DNA of 64,000 bases from Chrysomallon squamiferum (taxonomy: Eukaryota > Animalia > Mollusca): positions 4,774,001 to 4,838,000 of the forward strand of contig CM022678.1 in the NCBI GenBank assembly GCA_012295275.1, in the 5' to 3' direction. The notes beneath the pieces are model-generated. The model worked only from the letters and a program-made list of their open reading frames with translations. It was not told the origin of the DNA and did no database searches. Both the position numbers and the translations under genes were made by a program. Below, piece by piece: positions 50,141 to 64,000 of this stretch. Positions within the stretch are counted from its first letter, which is position 1, and the number at the start of each line of letters is the position of its first letter.

Positions 50141-52026
50141 GGGGAAATTAAGGTTGACAGAGTGAAAAAATTAATGATGTTGAAAAGAAAGAAAAAAAAT
50201 GAAGAGAAAGAAAAAGAGAGAAAAAGGTTAACAGTGACAGAAAAAGAAAGGAAAGGAATTATCAAGAGAAAATAAAAAAACTAAATAATAAAGAACTTTG
50301 ATTACAGAGACAAATCTGAACTGTCAGACCAGTTCAAATTTCATACAAACTGTTATCTCCACCACACGCAATCCTACATTTGTAGAAAGATACTGAAATG
50401 GTTGCCATGGAGACCAAACAAGACAGATGTTCTGACAGCAAGATCATGCCAAGATTTAAGTGCAGCAACTTCCTGTTATTTATTCTTCATCAAACTAGCA
50501 GATTTAGTAACATAATTTTCTATCTCAGCACTCTCCATACATTAAAAACTGTTTCTTGATATATCTGTGCATGTGTTTAGATAATTAGTATTATTTAGTT
50601 AACATTTTAATAAGCAGCAAATGGGCAAATACATACTACAAAAATATAAAACTTACTTCTGCATAAATGTAAAGAGGGTCCTCTCCCTCTCTACCTCCCT
50701 CCCTCCCTCCCTCCCTCCCTCTCTCTCTCTTACACTGTATTTTACCCACACACACAATGCATATTTGGTTCAAACTACTACAACATTTTAAGAAAAATAA
50801 CAAACCAAATCAGACACAGCCCTGTCAATTCTGAGAACAGTTTCCAGACTAAATAACAAATCTTTCCCTGCTCCCAAACCTCTGGAGACTGTAACTTTGA
50901 GAAACAGGATCAACAGTAAACATAACAGTTATGATTAGTAATACTGACGGAAAAGATTTCAAAAGAATTACCATCATAGTGTCATGATCAGACTGTCATA
51001 AAACAGATTATTTTTCTCTCTGTGTGTTATAGATCTGACAGACGATGGGATAAGAACATGTCCTTCTTGGCTTATTTCTTTATGAAACAAGATATACTGA
51101 TCAATCATTCGCACAGGGCAAAATGCTGCTAGTAGATACAGAGCCAAAACTGTCTATGATCAAATTTTTTGTTAGTACCTGTTTGGTTAATTGTTGACAT
51201 ATAATGATATAGAAAAATTTAATGTAATTGGAAGAATAAGTAGTCATATATGTTTTTCATTCTAATAGATGTTGTGTGTGAGAGCAGAAATATTTTATTT
51301 AGTAAAACACTCAATGCAATACTGTATGTTTTAGCAAAGAAAAGTATCTCACTCACTGACTCTTAATGTTTTAAACATACTGTTATTATGATGTCAAACA
51401 AAAAGGATAAGAACCAAACAACAAAATTAAAAAAGAAAAAAGAAACAGAAAGCTCACTGCTACCACATCAAGCATTAAAAAGAAAAAAGAAAGTAAGAAA
51501 TTAGCAGTAAGTGATCTTTTATATGCACCACCCCATAGACAGTATAATGTAAACTATAATCTTTCATTATATCTCTTTTGCTGCACTGGCTGGAACGAGA
51601 AATGGCTAAATGCGTCTGCCACAATGGATCGATCCAGCAATCCAGTGAACCCTGAGTGGATGCTATGTCACACTCCCAAAAAATCTATTGCTTAAAAATC
51701 TATTGATCTGACTTTCACAAAGGGCAAGAAGCAGCTAAAAGATAGAAAAGCCAGCTGGATGTGCAGCCTGTCTTAGAACAATTTCTGTTGGTGCCATTTT
51801 GGTTAATACCACTTCAATCAGGCCTAATAAAATAAAGTGCTTAAAAAGATCCAAGAAACTGGTAATAGCAGTGTATGTAAAAATCATTATGTTTTTTTTT
51901 TTTTTTTTTTTTTTTTTTTGTATAAGCTTCATATAGCATATAAAAAGTAAAAAGAAAACCTCATAAATTTCAACAGATTCATCCATATTCATACACACAT
52001 CTTTAAAACTTACTTTTGGAGAAGTG

Positions 52027-52058
<32 letters not shown>

Positions 52059-52496
52059 TCCTCTGAATGCATTTTGTGTATTTCCTATTTTAATTAATAA
52101 TGAGATACAAAAAAGAAGAGATACCAGTTTAAAGATATCTGAGAAAACTAAATTTTCTCTGGTTTCTGCCATTCAGGTGGTGATGTCATAACTCCAGTTA
52201 TTAGAGTTATATCATGGGTAGACTACTCATAATGACCTTCCAGATTCAGGAAAAAGAAATTTGTAAACGTTTGCCAAAGAAAAATAATATTATTTTTAAC
52301 AAAATTCTGCTCAAATTAACATCTCTGGTCCATGGAACAAGGAAGCCTCTATATGACAGTAAAATGATTGCAGTCAAATGTTTTGTAATAGTGTTATTCT
52401 ATTGACATAATTTGTTATTAATGATTTAAGACAGCTGAAACCAAATAACACAATATCTTTAAAAATGAAGAATTTATTTATTTATTTATTTATTTA

Positions 52497-52531
<35 letters not shown>

Positions 52532-52943
52532 TTTTTTTTTTTTTTTAACAATTCATTCATCTTGACACCAGTTAACTTTAAAAAATATATATTGACTATC
52601 AAAAACCTCATACCCTGAAGTTACAGCCATAAATAAAATTACTCAAATAATAAAATGCATTCAACCATGGTTTATTTACCTAAGACTGAACATGCTTGAA
52701 GTATTTCTGTGAATGAAATTACTGCACCTAGACCTCATAGTGTAAAGAGTTCAGTTATGAAAACATATCAAAAAAGAAGCTCACTATTATAATGTAATGT
52801 TGTGTGTCTCTGATTCGCTCTCTTTCGGTGTGTGTGTGTGGTGTTTTTGTGTGTTTGTGTGTGTGCAAAACAGATACAGATGCAGTCTAGCCTAATTCTA
52901 GTTTTTAAAACTGATTAATGCATAAATATATATGCATGCGCGC

Positions 52944-52982
<39 letters not shown>

Positions 52983-53220
52983 AGTTCAGGATTTAATCAA
53001 AACTTGTACAACAACATGTCTGCTTCTCCAGTTCATTTATGGAGGGTGACTGTAGTTATTCAGTTATTCATTTATTTGTAAGATTTAATATTTGTCTGTG
53101 TTTATGTATGACAGAGAAAGACTGTAGACATAAGGAAAGTGATGAAAATAGAAGGAAAAAGAGAGAGGGATAGGAAGGATGGATATAGAAATAGAGAGAA
53201 TGAAAGAGATAAAAACAGAT

Positions 53221-53294
<74 letters not shown>

Positions 53295-53658
53295 TTTATA
53301 CTTACATAAACAGCTTCTAATGGGACATTTCCCTCCATCTGGTACAGCATGCGTCTACAAAGTTCGGCAAACTCATGTTTGCCTCCAGTTTCCTGACACG
53401 TTTCACTCACACCCATCCCATCATAGTACCCATAGGCTAACCTAGCTCCACCCACCCTGAAATAAAAATACAGCGATTATAAGGGTGCATGTTTAAGAAA
53501 TAATTGCAAGGTGAGGGCAAAAAAAATCAAGACGTTAAATTTATAAAGATAATAAATAACAAACAGTAACAGAAATAACAATATCAACAAAATAATAATA
53601 AGGAGAAAAAGAAGAGGAAGAAAGCAAGTAATAATAGAAAATAATAATAATAATAATA

Positions 53659-53721
<63 letters not shown>

Positions 53722-55286
53722 TAACATAAATAAGAATTTAAAAATATATATATATATATATATTTATTTAGAAAAGAATTTTTTTTTTTTTTAAATTTAA
53801 AATAAAGGAAACAACAATGATGCAGAATTCAAATCAAAACTTATTAGAACAAAATTTATTAAAAAACAATGAACATGAAGTTTGCCTCCATGAAAACTGT
53901 TAACACTGAGCGCACAGACAGGAACAAATTCTAATTACATTTGCCTAAAAAATCTGTCATTACATCAAGTTCAATTAAATTTTTTTTTCTCTGCAGTTCA
54001 TGTAAACTGGAAAATTGGGTTACTAGGTCAACTAAAATGTAAACATTCTGTAGTTGATAAGATTTAAATAAAATAAAAAATGAAAACAAAATAAAAGAAA
54101 ATGTAATAAAGATAAATATAATACATAACATAATGCAACACATTATAGTAAAATAACAAAATTAAATATTTAATGAATTAAACTTCTACAGCACTTAATA
54201 AATCAGCTTGCCTATGATGTAATATTGTATTATTGCTAATAATTTTACAATAATTATAACTGTTACCTATACAATAAAATGTAAGTATTTTGACCATAAT
54301 GATTATTTTTGTACACATACATGAATATGTGTACATCTGTGTGTGTGTGTGTGTGATAATTATATCAATAATAAACAGATATCAAGTGTAAAAAGTCAAG
54401 GGAGACACAGCATTTTAAAAAACTTTCAAAACCTGGATGATAAGTTTCTTTAAAATTGCCTCAAGTCCACGGCAATGAAGAGCAAACAAAAAATTAGCTT
54501 TTAAACAAACATCTTGTAATTTTGGAAAAGAAAGATTTCAAAAACAAATTCTAGAAAAAAAAAGAAGAAAAAAAGTCAAGACAGTGAGATTAACATCAGT
54601 TTAACACCAGCCATGTTCACCTCTTAAACAGTGGAGCAATGAGACTGCATCATGTGCATTTGCAATTAAATTAACTTGGCATGGCCCTGCCTTTTCTTGT
54701 CAGAGGCTGTGAAATGTTTACACTGAGGCCAGAAATAATTCCACAGTGTCTGGGTTTCTTCAGGCCTCAAATGCTGTTTTTGTCTGTCTGGTGTTTATTT
54801 ACTGACCTCCTGCATTTTGAAGGAAATGGAATAATTTCTGTGTGGAAAGTTACGTGGTTCCAGAAATCAGGAAGAATTCATTGTTTTCAGACAGTGCTCA
54901 AGGGCAAAGGCATGATGTTATGAGGATTTAGCAGGTTCAGGTATTCCATATATTCACAGTTTTTCCCTTTCCAAACACTATTTCAAATTGTTTATCAAAG
55001 CAGTAGAGTTATTATGTGTTTTTCTGACTGCATAATAAAAGGTTCCTTGTTGCTATCTCTTATGTCGGTGTCATGTAAAACTATGTTGTTGTTGTTGCTG
55101 TTGAAAATACAACTACTAGTACTACTACTATTGTTATTCAATGCAGAATTTGTTCAGTGCAGTATTCACAAAATTAATTCAAAGACATAAAAAAAAATTA
55201 TACACACACACACATATACACAACATACATTATATACATATACATAAATAGCATATTAAAAAAAAAAAAAAAAAAGTGATTAATAC

Positions 55287-55329
<43 letters not shown>

Positions 55330-55835
55330 AAAAGAGAAAAAAGAAAAAATCAAAATTGAGAAAAAGAAAAAACAAGCTGTTACAAAAACCACTTAAAAAT
55401 ATGCCAGCAGTAAATTTATCAGTTAATCTTTCACACCAGGAGAACCTTACACACCTAGACATATGTTCAGTGGAAAACTCACTTCTCTAGTGTCTGTTTC
55501 TGACTTGATCACAAACATCTATCAGAGTATGACACCAATACACAGTGATGCTTTTTCACATCAATAAAACAAGATTGTAATCAACCCAGCAGTCTTCCAT
55601 GTCATTAAAATGTGACTACATCTGGTTTCATAAAAAAAATTCTGTAAATTAGGTGGGATTTTTGTGTTTTTTTGTTGTATCTTTTTAAATGAAAAAAAAA
55701 AAAATATATAATAAAAAGCTACTATAATTTGATTTATATTTAAAATGAAAAAAAAAAAACATGATTCTGATTAAATTTCATTATCAGTTTATAATGGAAT
55801 TGAAAAGTGCCTTTTACATTTATCTTTTTACACTG

Positions 55836-55872
<37 letters not shown>

Positions 55873-57617
55873 TTGTGTTTGTATTGTTTTTCATATTTTA
55901 TTACAAGAGATTTTCATTTTTAATGAGAGATATATTTTGGAGAATTAAGAGACATAGGGAGAATATGAGAGATATATGAAGAACTGTATCTCATAGTCAC
56001 AGAGAAAGATAACGAGAGATATACAGAGAACTGTACCTCATACAGAAAGATAACGAGAGATATACAGAGAACTGTACCTCATAGAGAAAGATAATGAGAG
56101 AGAGACATAATATGTACACTGAAAGAAAATTCAGAGAGAAAGACACTGAGATTGAGAGAAAACCCTATAACAATACAAACTAATTACCCTTTCCATTTTC
56201 CAAATAAAGAGAAACTAAGGTGGGTATTAATTTTAAAAGGATGGACAGATAGACTGAACTTGTTGGACTGAAAGAAACAAAGAAAGAGAAAGACAAAGGA
56301 AAATACAAATGAAAATAAGAAGTTACAAAACTGAACCGATACAGGCAGAACAAATTTTGCAAAGTCACAGGAGAACAGACATTTTTACACATACAACACA
56401 CAGCCACAGACATGTTATAAAGATAAAAAAAAAACAAAAAAACATGAACTTATTATTGTAAACACAATTTCCTGCATTGTCATGTTTGATTCACTCTGTG
56501 TACTCAATGAAACTGGTGAAATGTAAAGGTGGAAAATGATAAATTGCTGTCTGGAGTAATGTAACCTGGTGTCTGATTGTGTGTGTGTGTGTGTGTGTGT
56601 GTGGAAATCCTTGATTTTAGATTTAAAAAGTTTATCTGTTAAACACACACACATATTTTCCTCCTTTTTCTTTTTATTTATGTATTTACCAACATTATTA
56701 TTTAAGTATTTGTTATAAAATAATATTTATTCAAACATTCATTTTATCTTTGTTACATAAGAATCTGTTCCCTGGTTCTAAATTAAACAAAAAACTGATT
56801 ATTCCATCTTTTGTGGATAACAAAAAAAGTTTATGACCAAAAAAAAATAAAAAAATTGCTGCTTTATTTTTGTCATTTTGTTAAGGCTGTGATATATTAC
56901 CTCATCATTCCTGTCACTTTTGTTTTATTATTAATGGCTGCAATAAAAATGCTGAGATCAAGTTTTCAAGATCTGTTTATCATTCTGTACTACGTGACCA
57001 TCAGTCACTGAGTGCATGCAGAAAAATTCTAGGCTTACAGAAACAAAAAATATTCAGAGCATTTCTTGAGACAAAAAAATAACATCAATTTCAAATGAGG
57101 CACCAAAATTATTCTTTACATTAAAAAAAAAAAAAAAAAAGAAACAGTTATTAGTTTATTCTTTATGATTAACTTGTTGCCCAGCCCATTTCAAAAATAG
57201 TGATACAAATTTTCATGATCTCAGAATTAATGCATAGACGATGCCTTATCTTATGCATGTACTAAAATTTTGCATACAGCTTTTTTTGATGGTTTTTCCC
57301 TACTACTTCTGCAATTCTTTGTTTAACTTTTATTAAACCTTGAATATAAATATTAATTAATAAAAATTTTAAAAATAATTTGTTTTGTATATGATCAGTT
57401 TTCCCAATGATCCAGTGACCCAGCACACCTTTAACACCTGTTCTGTTAGTATTACTGAGCAATGCATCCCACTTAAGAAATAAAGAATAAATGTGAAATA
57501 CAACTCACCTGATATCTGCACATGTATATGTTTTAAACGGAAATAATCCTTTCTGAAATTCTGGTGAGCACGACACATTTCGTCCTAATACGACTGTGTT
57601 TTTCTTGAACGGTAAAT
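46982..57617 (-). CDS. Uncharacterised protein, last three coding exons (57617-57509, 53456-53306, 47128-46982); ~135-aa C-terminal region with 6 Cys; 5' exons not found in the window
   Basis: GT/AG-bounded exons with polypyrimidine tracts join in phases 2 and 0 without stops: LPFKKNTVVLGRNVSCSPEFQKGLFPFKTYTCADIR|VGGARLAYGYYDGMGVSETCQETGGKHEFAELCRRMLYQMEGNVPLEAVY|IPEASCDTLLEPRVVLTRTKNGYEWRDMGHGNGYVLKLQCSIKNSAHS*. Family not recognised. Confidence 0.8.
50401..50414. promoter_or_regulatory. RFX X-box motif GTTGCCATGGAGAC (intronic)
   Basis: Reverse complement GTCTCCATGGCAAC matches GTHNYYATRRNAAC. Confidence 0.4.
51490..51680 (-). mobile_element. Decayed tRNA-derived SINE-like element
   Basis: gatcttttatatgcacca.ccca.agacag and gcactggctggaacgagaaat resemble a SINE body I recall from gastropod genomes (not verified by search); B-box-like GGATCGATCC at 51626-51635. 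Confidence 0.55.
55945..56602. repeat. Left arm of a ~600-bp inverted repeat (includes a 3-copy ~40-bp internal tandem at ~55965-56100)
   Basis: Reverse complement of 62229-62790, e.g. cctataacaatacaaactaattaccctttccattttccaaataaagagaaactaaggtgg. Confidence 0.93.
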
Positions 57618-60474
57618 CTGTAAATAATAAAAATAAAAAAAATAATAATTATAAATATTATAAGTACATACAAATCATCTAGTTAACAATATTCAGTACA
57701 GATGAAAATGAATAGCTTTAATGAAATTGTAAAAGGAAAACCTTTTTTTTAATTTTCTTAATCTTTTGCTAAATTCTATTATTACAAACATATCTGGTAC
57801 CAGAATGAGAAAATCATTTGGTAATTCAAAAAATATATTTTATTTATTTATTTATTTATTTATGTTATCACAAGGTGTATCCAAATTTTAATTATAACAG
57901 ACAGACACAGTCCCAATCTGAAGATCTGATTGTCAATTACAATGAACCGACTGTCCTTAATATCTTTTACTGTTCATTACCGAAAATAACTGCTTGCTTA
58001 TCTAATACAAATCATCTTTTCCCAAAATAATTATTGCTTGCCCCTTCATTACAAACTGCCTTTCCTTTTTACCTCTCTTGCCAAAAATAACTGCTTGCCT
58101 GTTTAACAAAAATCAAATTTCCTTTAATCTTTGTTAACCAAAATAATTTTTTTTATTTTTTTATTTTTTTATCACAAATCAACTTTTTATTTTGTTTTCG
58201 TTACCCAGAATAACTTGTTGCACATTTTAATGTAATGAAAGAGATTGTAGAATGAGTGAAGAAGAAGAGAAAAAAAATCACTTATCGTTAAAAGGGATCA
58301 ACAGAAATCGTACAGCATTAGTCAGTTTTACTCGTGATTTGATTTCGATAATGAACCTGGATACAGGAAGGATTCTGAGTCATAGAAACTAGGACAGAAT
58401 TTCACCTGACATTAATCAGATCTACTTTATAATTTACACCAATTCTTTTTTTAATGTAAAGAAAAGAAATTTGTTTCATCTTTTATTCACAAAATTGTAA
58501 GTCATTAAACAGAGAAGATTTGATTAACAGTTTTATCTTTTATCATTTCTCTCTCTCTTTTTGTTCTGTTTTCTCAGTTATAAACTTATATTTGATTTTT
58601 TTATTTACAAAATGAGATGACATTCAACTACAAATCTAATTATCTTACTTTTTTGTAGTTCTTTTATCTTTTTAACCGGAAAAGTATTAAAAGAAAGAAA
58701 AAAGAAAAGGAAATGAACTTTTATGAAGAAGACAACTAAATGCATGTGTACTGGAATTATGTGTGTCAGCCATTAAAGATGAAGTTTATTTTTTTTTTTT
58801 TTTTTTATAAATCCTGCTTTTTTTGTTCTTGTCAACTAATATCAATATCAGAACCATAATTTTCTCTCAGCTACATTACTTAAAGCAAGAGCATAATGGA
58901 ATATATTAAAGCAATAACATTAAACAATGGTTTGTTTAATAATAACAGCAAAATATACTGATTATTTTTTCTATCATCAGCTGGTACATTTAACCTTTTT
59001 TACAGTCTTCAGCAGCAGCAACAATTTTTTATTATTTAGACCTTCCCAAATACAGCAAAACATAAAAGTTAAAGATTTTGACTATCATACAGCAACGGTT
59101 GGAACTCTGAGATGGTTTGATCTTGCAATCCTTTGTGATTCAGACTAGAACTGGTATCAGTAATATAAATGGGGACTTTCTGTAATGTATAAAATCTTGG
59201 ACTAGTGCTGGAATGAAAAATAAGCTGGAAGTAACTATTAAAAGAACTGATACAACAACCTCCATCACTCAAACCAATGTTGGTTTTAGTAATATACTAA
59301 TCAGATTCTTTGCAGATTTGATCCTGCAGTGGATCACACCCAGAAAAGACACTGGATTAAAAAGCAGACTTAAAGTAACAGTTATTAAAAAATGACTCTG
59401 ATTTTACAATTCATGACTCAATTCTGGAAAGAAAAAATAGGCAAATGTGGATACTAAAAGAAAATGCTGATCCCACAAACACTCAAGAATTGATCCTAGA
59501 ACCCCTCTAGCCTGAAGACAAAGTCATGAAATCATTCATCTGCAACTCAAACATTAACATTTCACACTGTCAGTTCAAAAAAGACAAAAGTCCTATTCAT
59601 TTAGCCTGAGGTAAAATGACATCCGAAACGTCCTCTGATAATCTATCCCCTATAGTTATAACTTTCAGGCAGATCTTATAGCTTCTTTCTTTTTTTTTAA
59701 GTTCCTTTTCAGGCAATTTAAAAACAAATGAAAAAAACATTCTTAAAATATCTGATGGCCACAGGGTACCTTTCTTTGTGAAGATAAAATGAAAAAAAAA
59801 TAGTAAAATATATTAAAAAAAATAACACCCCAGAATATATTGTGGTCTTCCAGTGCTCCTTATAGTTTTTTTTTTTTTTTTTTAATGTGTATATATGTAT
59901 ATATGTTTGTGTTTGTATATATGTAATGTATCATAGATGACAACATCTTTTCAGAAAATTCCCTGGAGTGTCGAAACAATTTTGATCCCAGTATAAAAAA
60001 AAGAAAAAGAACTATGCTGAAATTTAAACAACAATCGCAGGACAATTTGATTTCTTCAATTCTTGACAGAAAAAAAACTATCTTCAGTGAAACCACATAG
60101 CCACACACAGTGGTTAATGTCTTGTCTAAAAATCTTCATCTGCTACCAACTCTTGATTTTTTCCAATAAATACTGTGTGAAATCTGAATTCACAGCAGGC
60201 AATCCACATGATCAGCCAGATAAAAGGATAATTAAACAGCGAGAATCAGAGGCCAGTGGACTGAGAGTTTGTGATTTAATGTGGAAATGCAAACATTATT
60301 GTTTAGAGACAGAGACAGAGATGGATAAAAAATGAGTTAGAGACAGAAAAAAAAGAACAATAACATGATTAAAAACTGATCTAAATTAAATATATCTTCA
60401 GAATATAACTTCAGGATTGACTGAAACTGATAGAAGCAGACAATATCTGGATAATAAAAGAGACAGGTACTGCT

Positions 60475-60583
<109 letters not shown>

Positions 60584-61465
60584 GGCAAATACGCATCTAA
60601 ATAAAATAATAATAACTTCAGCGGTATACAGATAATAAAGACAGATTCTGCAACATAGATATAAAAAGGAGAAAACCATGTAGGCAGATACATATAAAAA
60701 TGAGAAAGAGAGAGAGGGAAAAGAGAGTATATTTAAAAACACACACACAAAAAAAAGTAACAAAGAGAGATAACATGTCCTATAAGACAGACTGATAAAG
60801 GCAGTCATGTATCTAGTCAGTGACAAAACAACAATACTCTCAGCGACCTTCAACTAACTGTTTATTACCACAATGTCCAGTGACGACTGTTTACGAGCAT
60901 AACTGACCAGCGTCATATCTCTTAATTAAATAGTTCTAAATCCAGCTCTGACGTGGCAGTCCTCTCCTCTCAGCCTTTGTGTTGTTCTCCTTCCCTTATT
61001 TTTCTTATCCATACACAAGATATATATATAGATATATATATATATATATATATATGTAGAGAACACAATTACTAACTCTGATGCTGTATTTCTTGACTAA
61101 TTAGAAACACTGGGGGAAAAAAAAAACGTCTGTATGATGGTCCTAATTAGAAGATTAATGAAGGGATGCTAACAATGTGGGTGAAAATGGAAAAAGCACC
61201 TGAGGCATTGAAGATAATAATTGCAATATTATCTGTTGTATCAAAGAAAGTCTGGTTTCAGAATTGAAAAAATTATAATTGTTTGATGGCGTTTGTAAGT
61301 ATGTGTGTGTACAGTTATATTTGATGTGGTTCTTTGTGTGTTTTAAGTATGTATGTATGTATGTATGTATGTTTGTCAAAAAACACTGTGTTATGTGAGT
61401 GTGTTTGTGTGTGTGTATGTAATGTGTCTGTGTACTGGTAACTGTATATGTGTCTTTGTATCTGG

Positions 61466-61511
<46 letters not shown>

Positions 61512-61678
61512 CTACCTTTTGATCTACCTTTCAACCTTACTAATCAACAAAAGCATTAAGATAAACAGAGTAAAAGTAAAAGAAACTAAATTTCTCATTA
61601 CAAAGTTGCTGAACAAGACCAGAAATCTTGTCTAACTAACCGTGTGTAATTAATAGCACATCTATGGGCTAATACTGT

Positions 61679-61710
<32 letters not shown>

Positions 61711-62004
61711 AACCACCAATCCTTTAACTATCTGGCATTTATTTCATTACTAAATACATCACAACTTGTTTTATTTCTCTGCTAGTTTATTTTCATTGTT
61801 AAAACAATGATTGTATAAATACACAGTTAATATTGTTATAATGGTCATTACAAACTGTAGGGAGAAAGATATGTCTGAACATTTTTATGCAGTACAGAGA
61901 ATATGCATACGTGCGTGAATAACATATTCAGTCCTAGTCTAATAGAAAATAAAATAAATTCAATGCATGGATGAGAACTGTTGCAAAAACTGGTTAATAT
62001 ATAC

Positions 62005-62038
<34 letters not shown>

Positions 62039-62228
62039 ATATGTACAGATATAAGTGTAGAAAAAAAAAAAATTTTTTACAGCAAATTATTCAATGCATT
62101 GAAAGCTGTTGCAAAAACACATTTTTCATATATATGTGTATTTGTGTGTGTGTTTGTATGTGTATGTGTATGTACACACACACACACACTAAATATATAA
62201 GAATAAACATACGTAATCACATACTTTT

Positions 62229-62790
62229 ACACACACACACACACACACACAATCAGACACCAGGTTACATTACTCTAGACAACAATTAATCATTTTCCAC
62301 ATTCACACCTCACCAGTTTCATTGTGAATCAAACATGACAATGCAGGAAATTGTGTGTACAATAATAAGCTGCCACTAATTTAATTTCATGTTGTTGTTT
62401 TTTTGTTTTTTATCTTTATAACATGTCTGTGGCTGTGTGTTTTATGTGTAAAAATGTCTGTTCTCCTGTGACTTAGCAAAATTTGTTCTGCCTATATCGG
62501 TTCAGTTTTGTAACTTCTTATTTTCATTTGTATTTTCCTTTGTCGTTCTCTTTCTTTGTTTCTTTCAGTCCAACAAGTTCAGTCTATCTCTGCATCCTTT
62601 CTAAATTAATACCACCTTAGTTTCTCTTTATTTGGAAAATGGAAAGGGTAATTAGTTTGTATTGTTATAGGTTTTTTTTTTTTCTCTCTCAGTTTTGTTT
62701 CTGTGTACACATTATGTCTCACTCACTCTCATTATCTTTCTCTATGACTATGAGGTACAGTTCTCCATATATCTCTCTATGTCTCTTTTA
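62229..62790. repeat. Right arm of the inverted repeat
   Basis: ccaccttagtttctctttatttggaaaatggaaagggtaattagtttgtattgttatagg; inner end at a (CA)n tract. Confidence 0.93.
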
Positions 62791-64000
62791 ATAAAATATG
62801 AGAAATCTTTAAAAATGAAAATCATAAGTACAAAATAAAAATGTAAAAATAACTAAATAATAATAAAAATGTTACAGTATTCACTGAAGGCTTTAAAAAA
62901 AATAAATAAAAAAGAATTATAAAAGAAATAAGAAGGAAACATGAAACACATTCAAATAAAAAAAAATAAAAAAATGTACAATATTTGCTTTAAGAATACA
63001 TATTGACCAATTATCCAAAAGAGAGGAAGCTGAGAAATATTTACCAATATTCTGTGCTATCAGAAAATTTGCTCTGAACAGGAAATGAAGTTGAACTTAA
63101 GATATCTCTTCTGGCTATTTTAAAACTGAATTTGATTTCAATTCCAACCACAGAAGGGATAACATTACTAAGCTGGCAACTAAAGCAGAATTAAGTTAGA
63201 CCTGCTGAAACTGATAAGGATTTTTTTTTCTTTCGTTTTAACAGTCAATAAAAGTTCAAGACACAAAGTTCAAATTGTTAAATGTTAAAGATAAATTTTA
63301 TTTGAATTCAGTTTAACTTTTTTTTACTTTTACCTTTTATTTTTCATAATATATACATTGTATCAATTTGACTGTTATTAATTTTTCTTTATTTTACGTC
63401 TATTTATGAATTATGTAAATATGAGGATCCTTATTCTTTCTGTTTAGTTGGTATACTCAATTTTAATTAACTATTATTATTATTATAAAATTACTTATTT
63501 TGACTGTAAAAATAGTAGATTACATACTAATGATAGAGGTAAAAAATATGTTTTTCAAACTATAGCCCACCAAACTTTGTCATAAATATGTAAGTGAGAT
63601 CTTGTAAATAAGTGAATTGATAATAAATAAATAAATAAATAAATAAATAACCCCCAAAAATAATACAAACTAAAAACCCTTTCACATTACCAAATAAATA
63701 ATAAAAGCACTTCAGAGACTACACGTATACAAACAGTACAGACTAGTACTGGTGATAAACAATGATTTAATGGAATAAGACCATAAGTATGCCCAGACCA
63801 TCCAAGCCATTAGCCAGCCATTAGATAATCCAGCACTGTCATATGGTTACTTTTTTACTGAGGCCATTAACTATCAGACATTAAATAACAAATATAACAC
63901 ACAGCAGAAATAAGAAGACTGGTTTTGTTTTCATGTAAACGCTTAGTCTAAAGCGAAATTTAATTGCACACACAAACCAGGCCATCTGTCATTCCAGACT

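Noticed and set aside
51626-51680. tRNA gene
   Set aside because: Only a B-box-like motif with no cloverleaf; fits a decayed SINE head.
58275-58410. Candidate further upstream exon of the unknown gene
   Set aside because: The apparent donor reads GATAAG rather than GT; no convincing phase-compatible exon.

Overview
AT-rich, microsatellite-dense, intron-containing animal DNA. A mollusc (probably gastropod) is inferred from the gene families and repeat style; this is not proven. The left ~37 kb is a defence/extracellular-protein cluster, spliced by hand: (1) the last three exons of a fibrinogen-related (FReD) gene (+); (2) a complete 4-exon, 328-aa secreted protein with a 6-Cys module, a Lustrin-type Cys-rich module and four WAP domains (-); (3) a 6-exon, ~287-aa CUB + transmembrane + PY-motif receptor (-); (4) three tandem single-cysteine-cluster Toll-like receptor paralogues (-), the first with a 1-nt frameshift. 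The TLR 5' ends show an unusual modular start-exon arrangement: six homologous first-exon modules, each with ATG exactly 9 nt before a phase-0 donor, plus a 67-73-nt cassette exon carrying its own ATG; in copy 3 a lost donor appears frame-compensated by a 2-nt insertion. The right ~22 kb is visibly CpG-poor and holds the last three coding exons of an unidentified Cys-containing protein (-), one of which is bracketed by a ~600-bp inverted repeat. RTE-LINE and SINE relics are present. No rRNA, tRNA or CRISPR array was seen. All exon models rest on GT/AG sites, phase consistency and protein motifs only; there is no transcript evidence.
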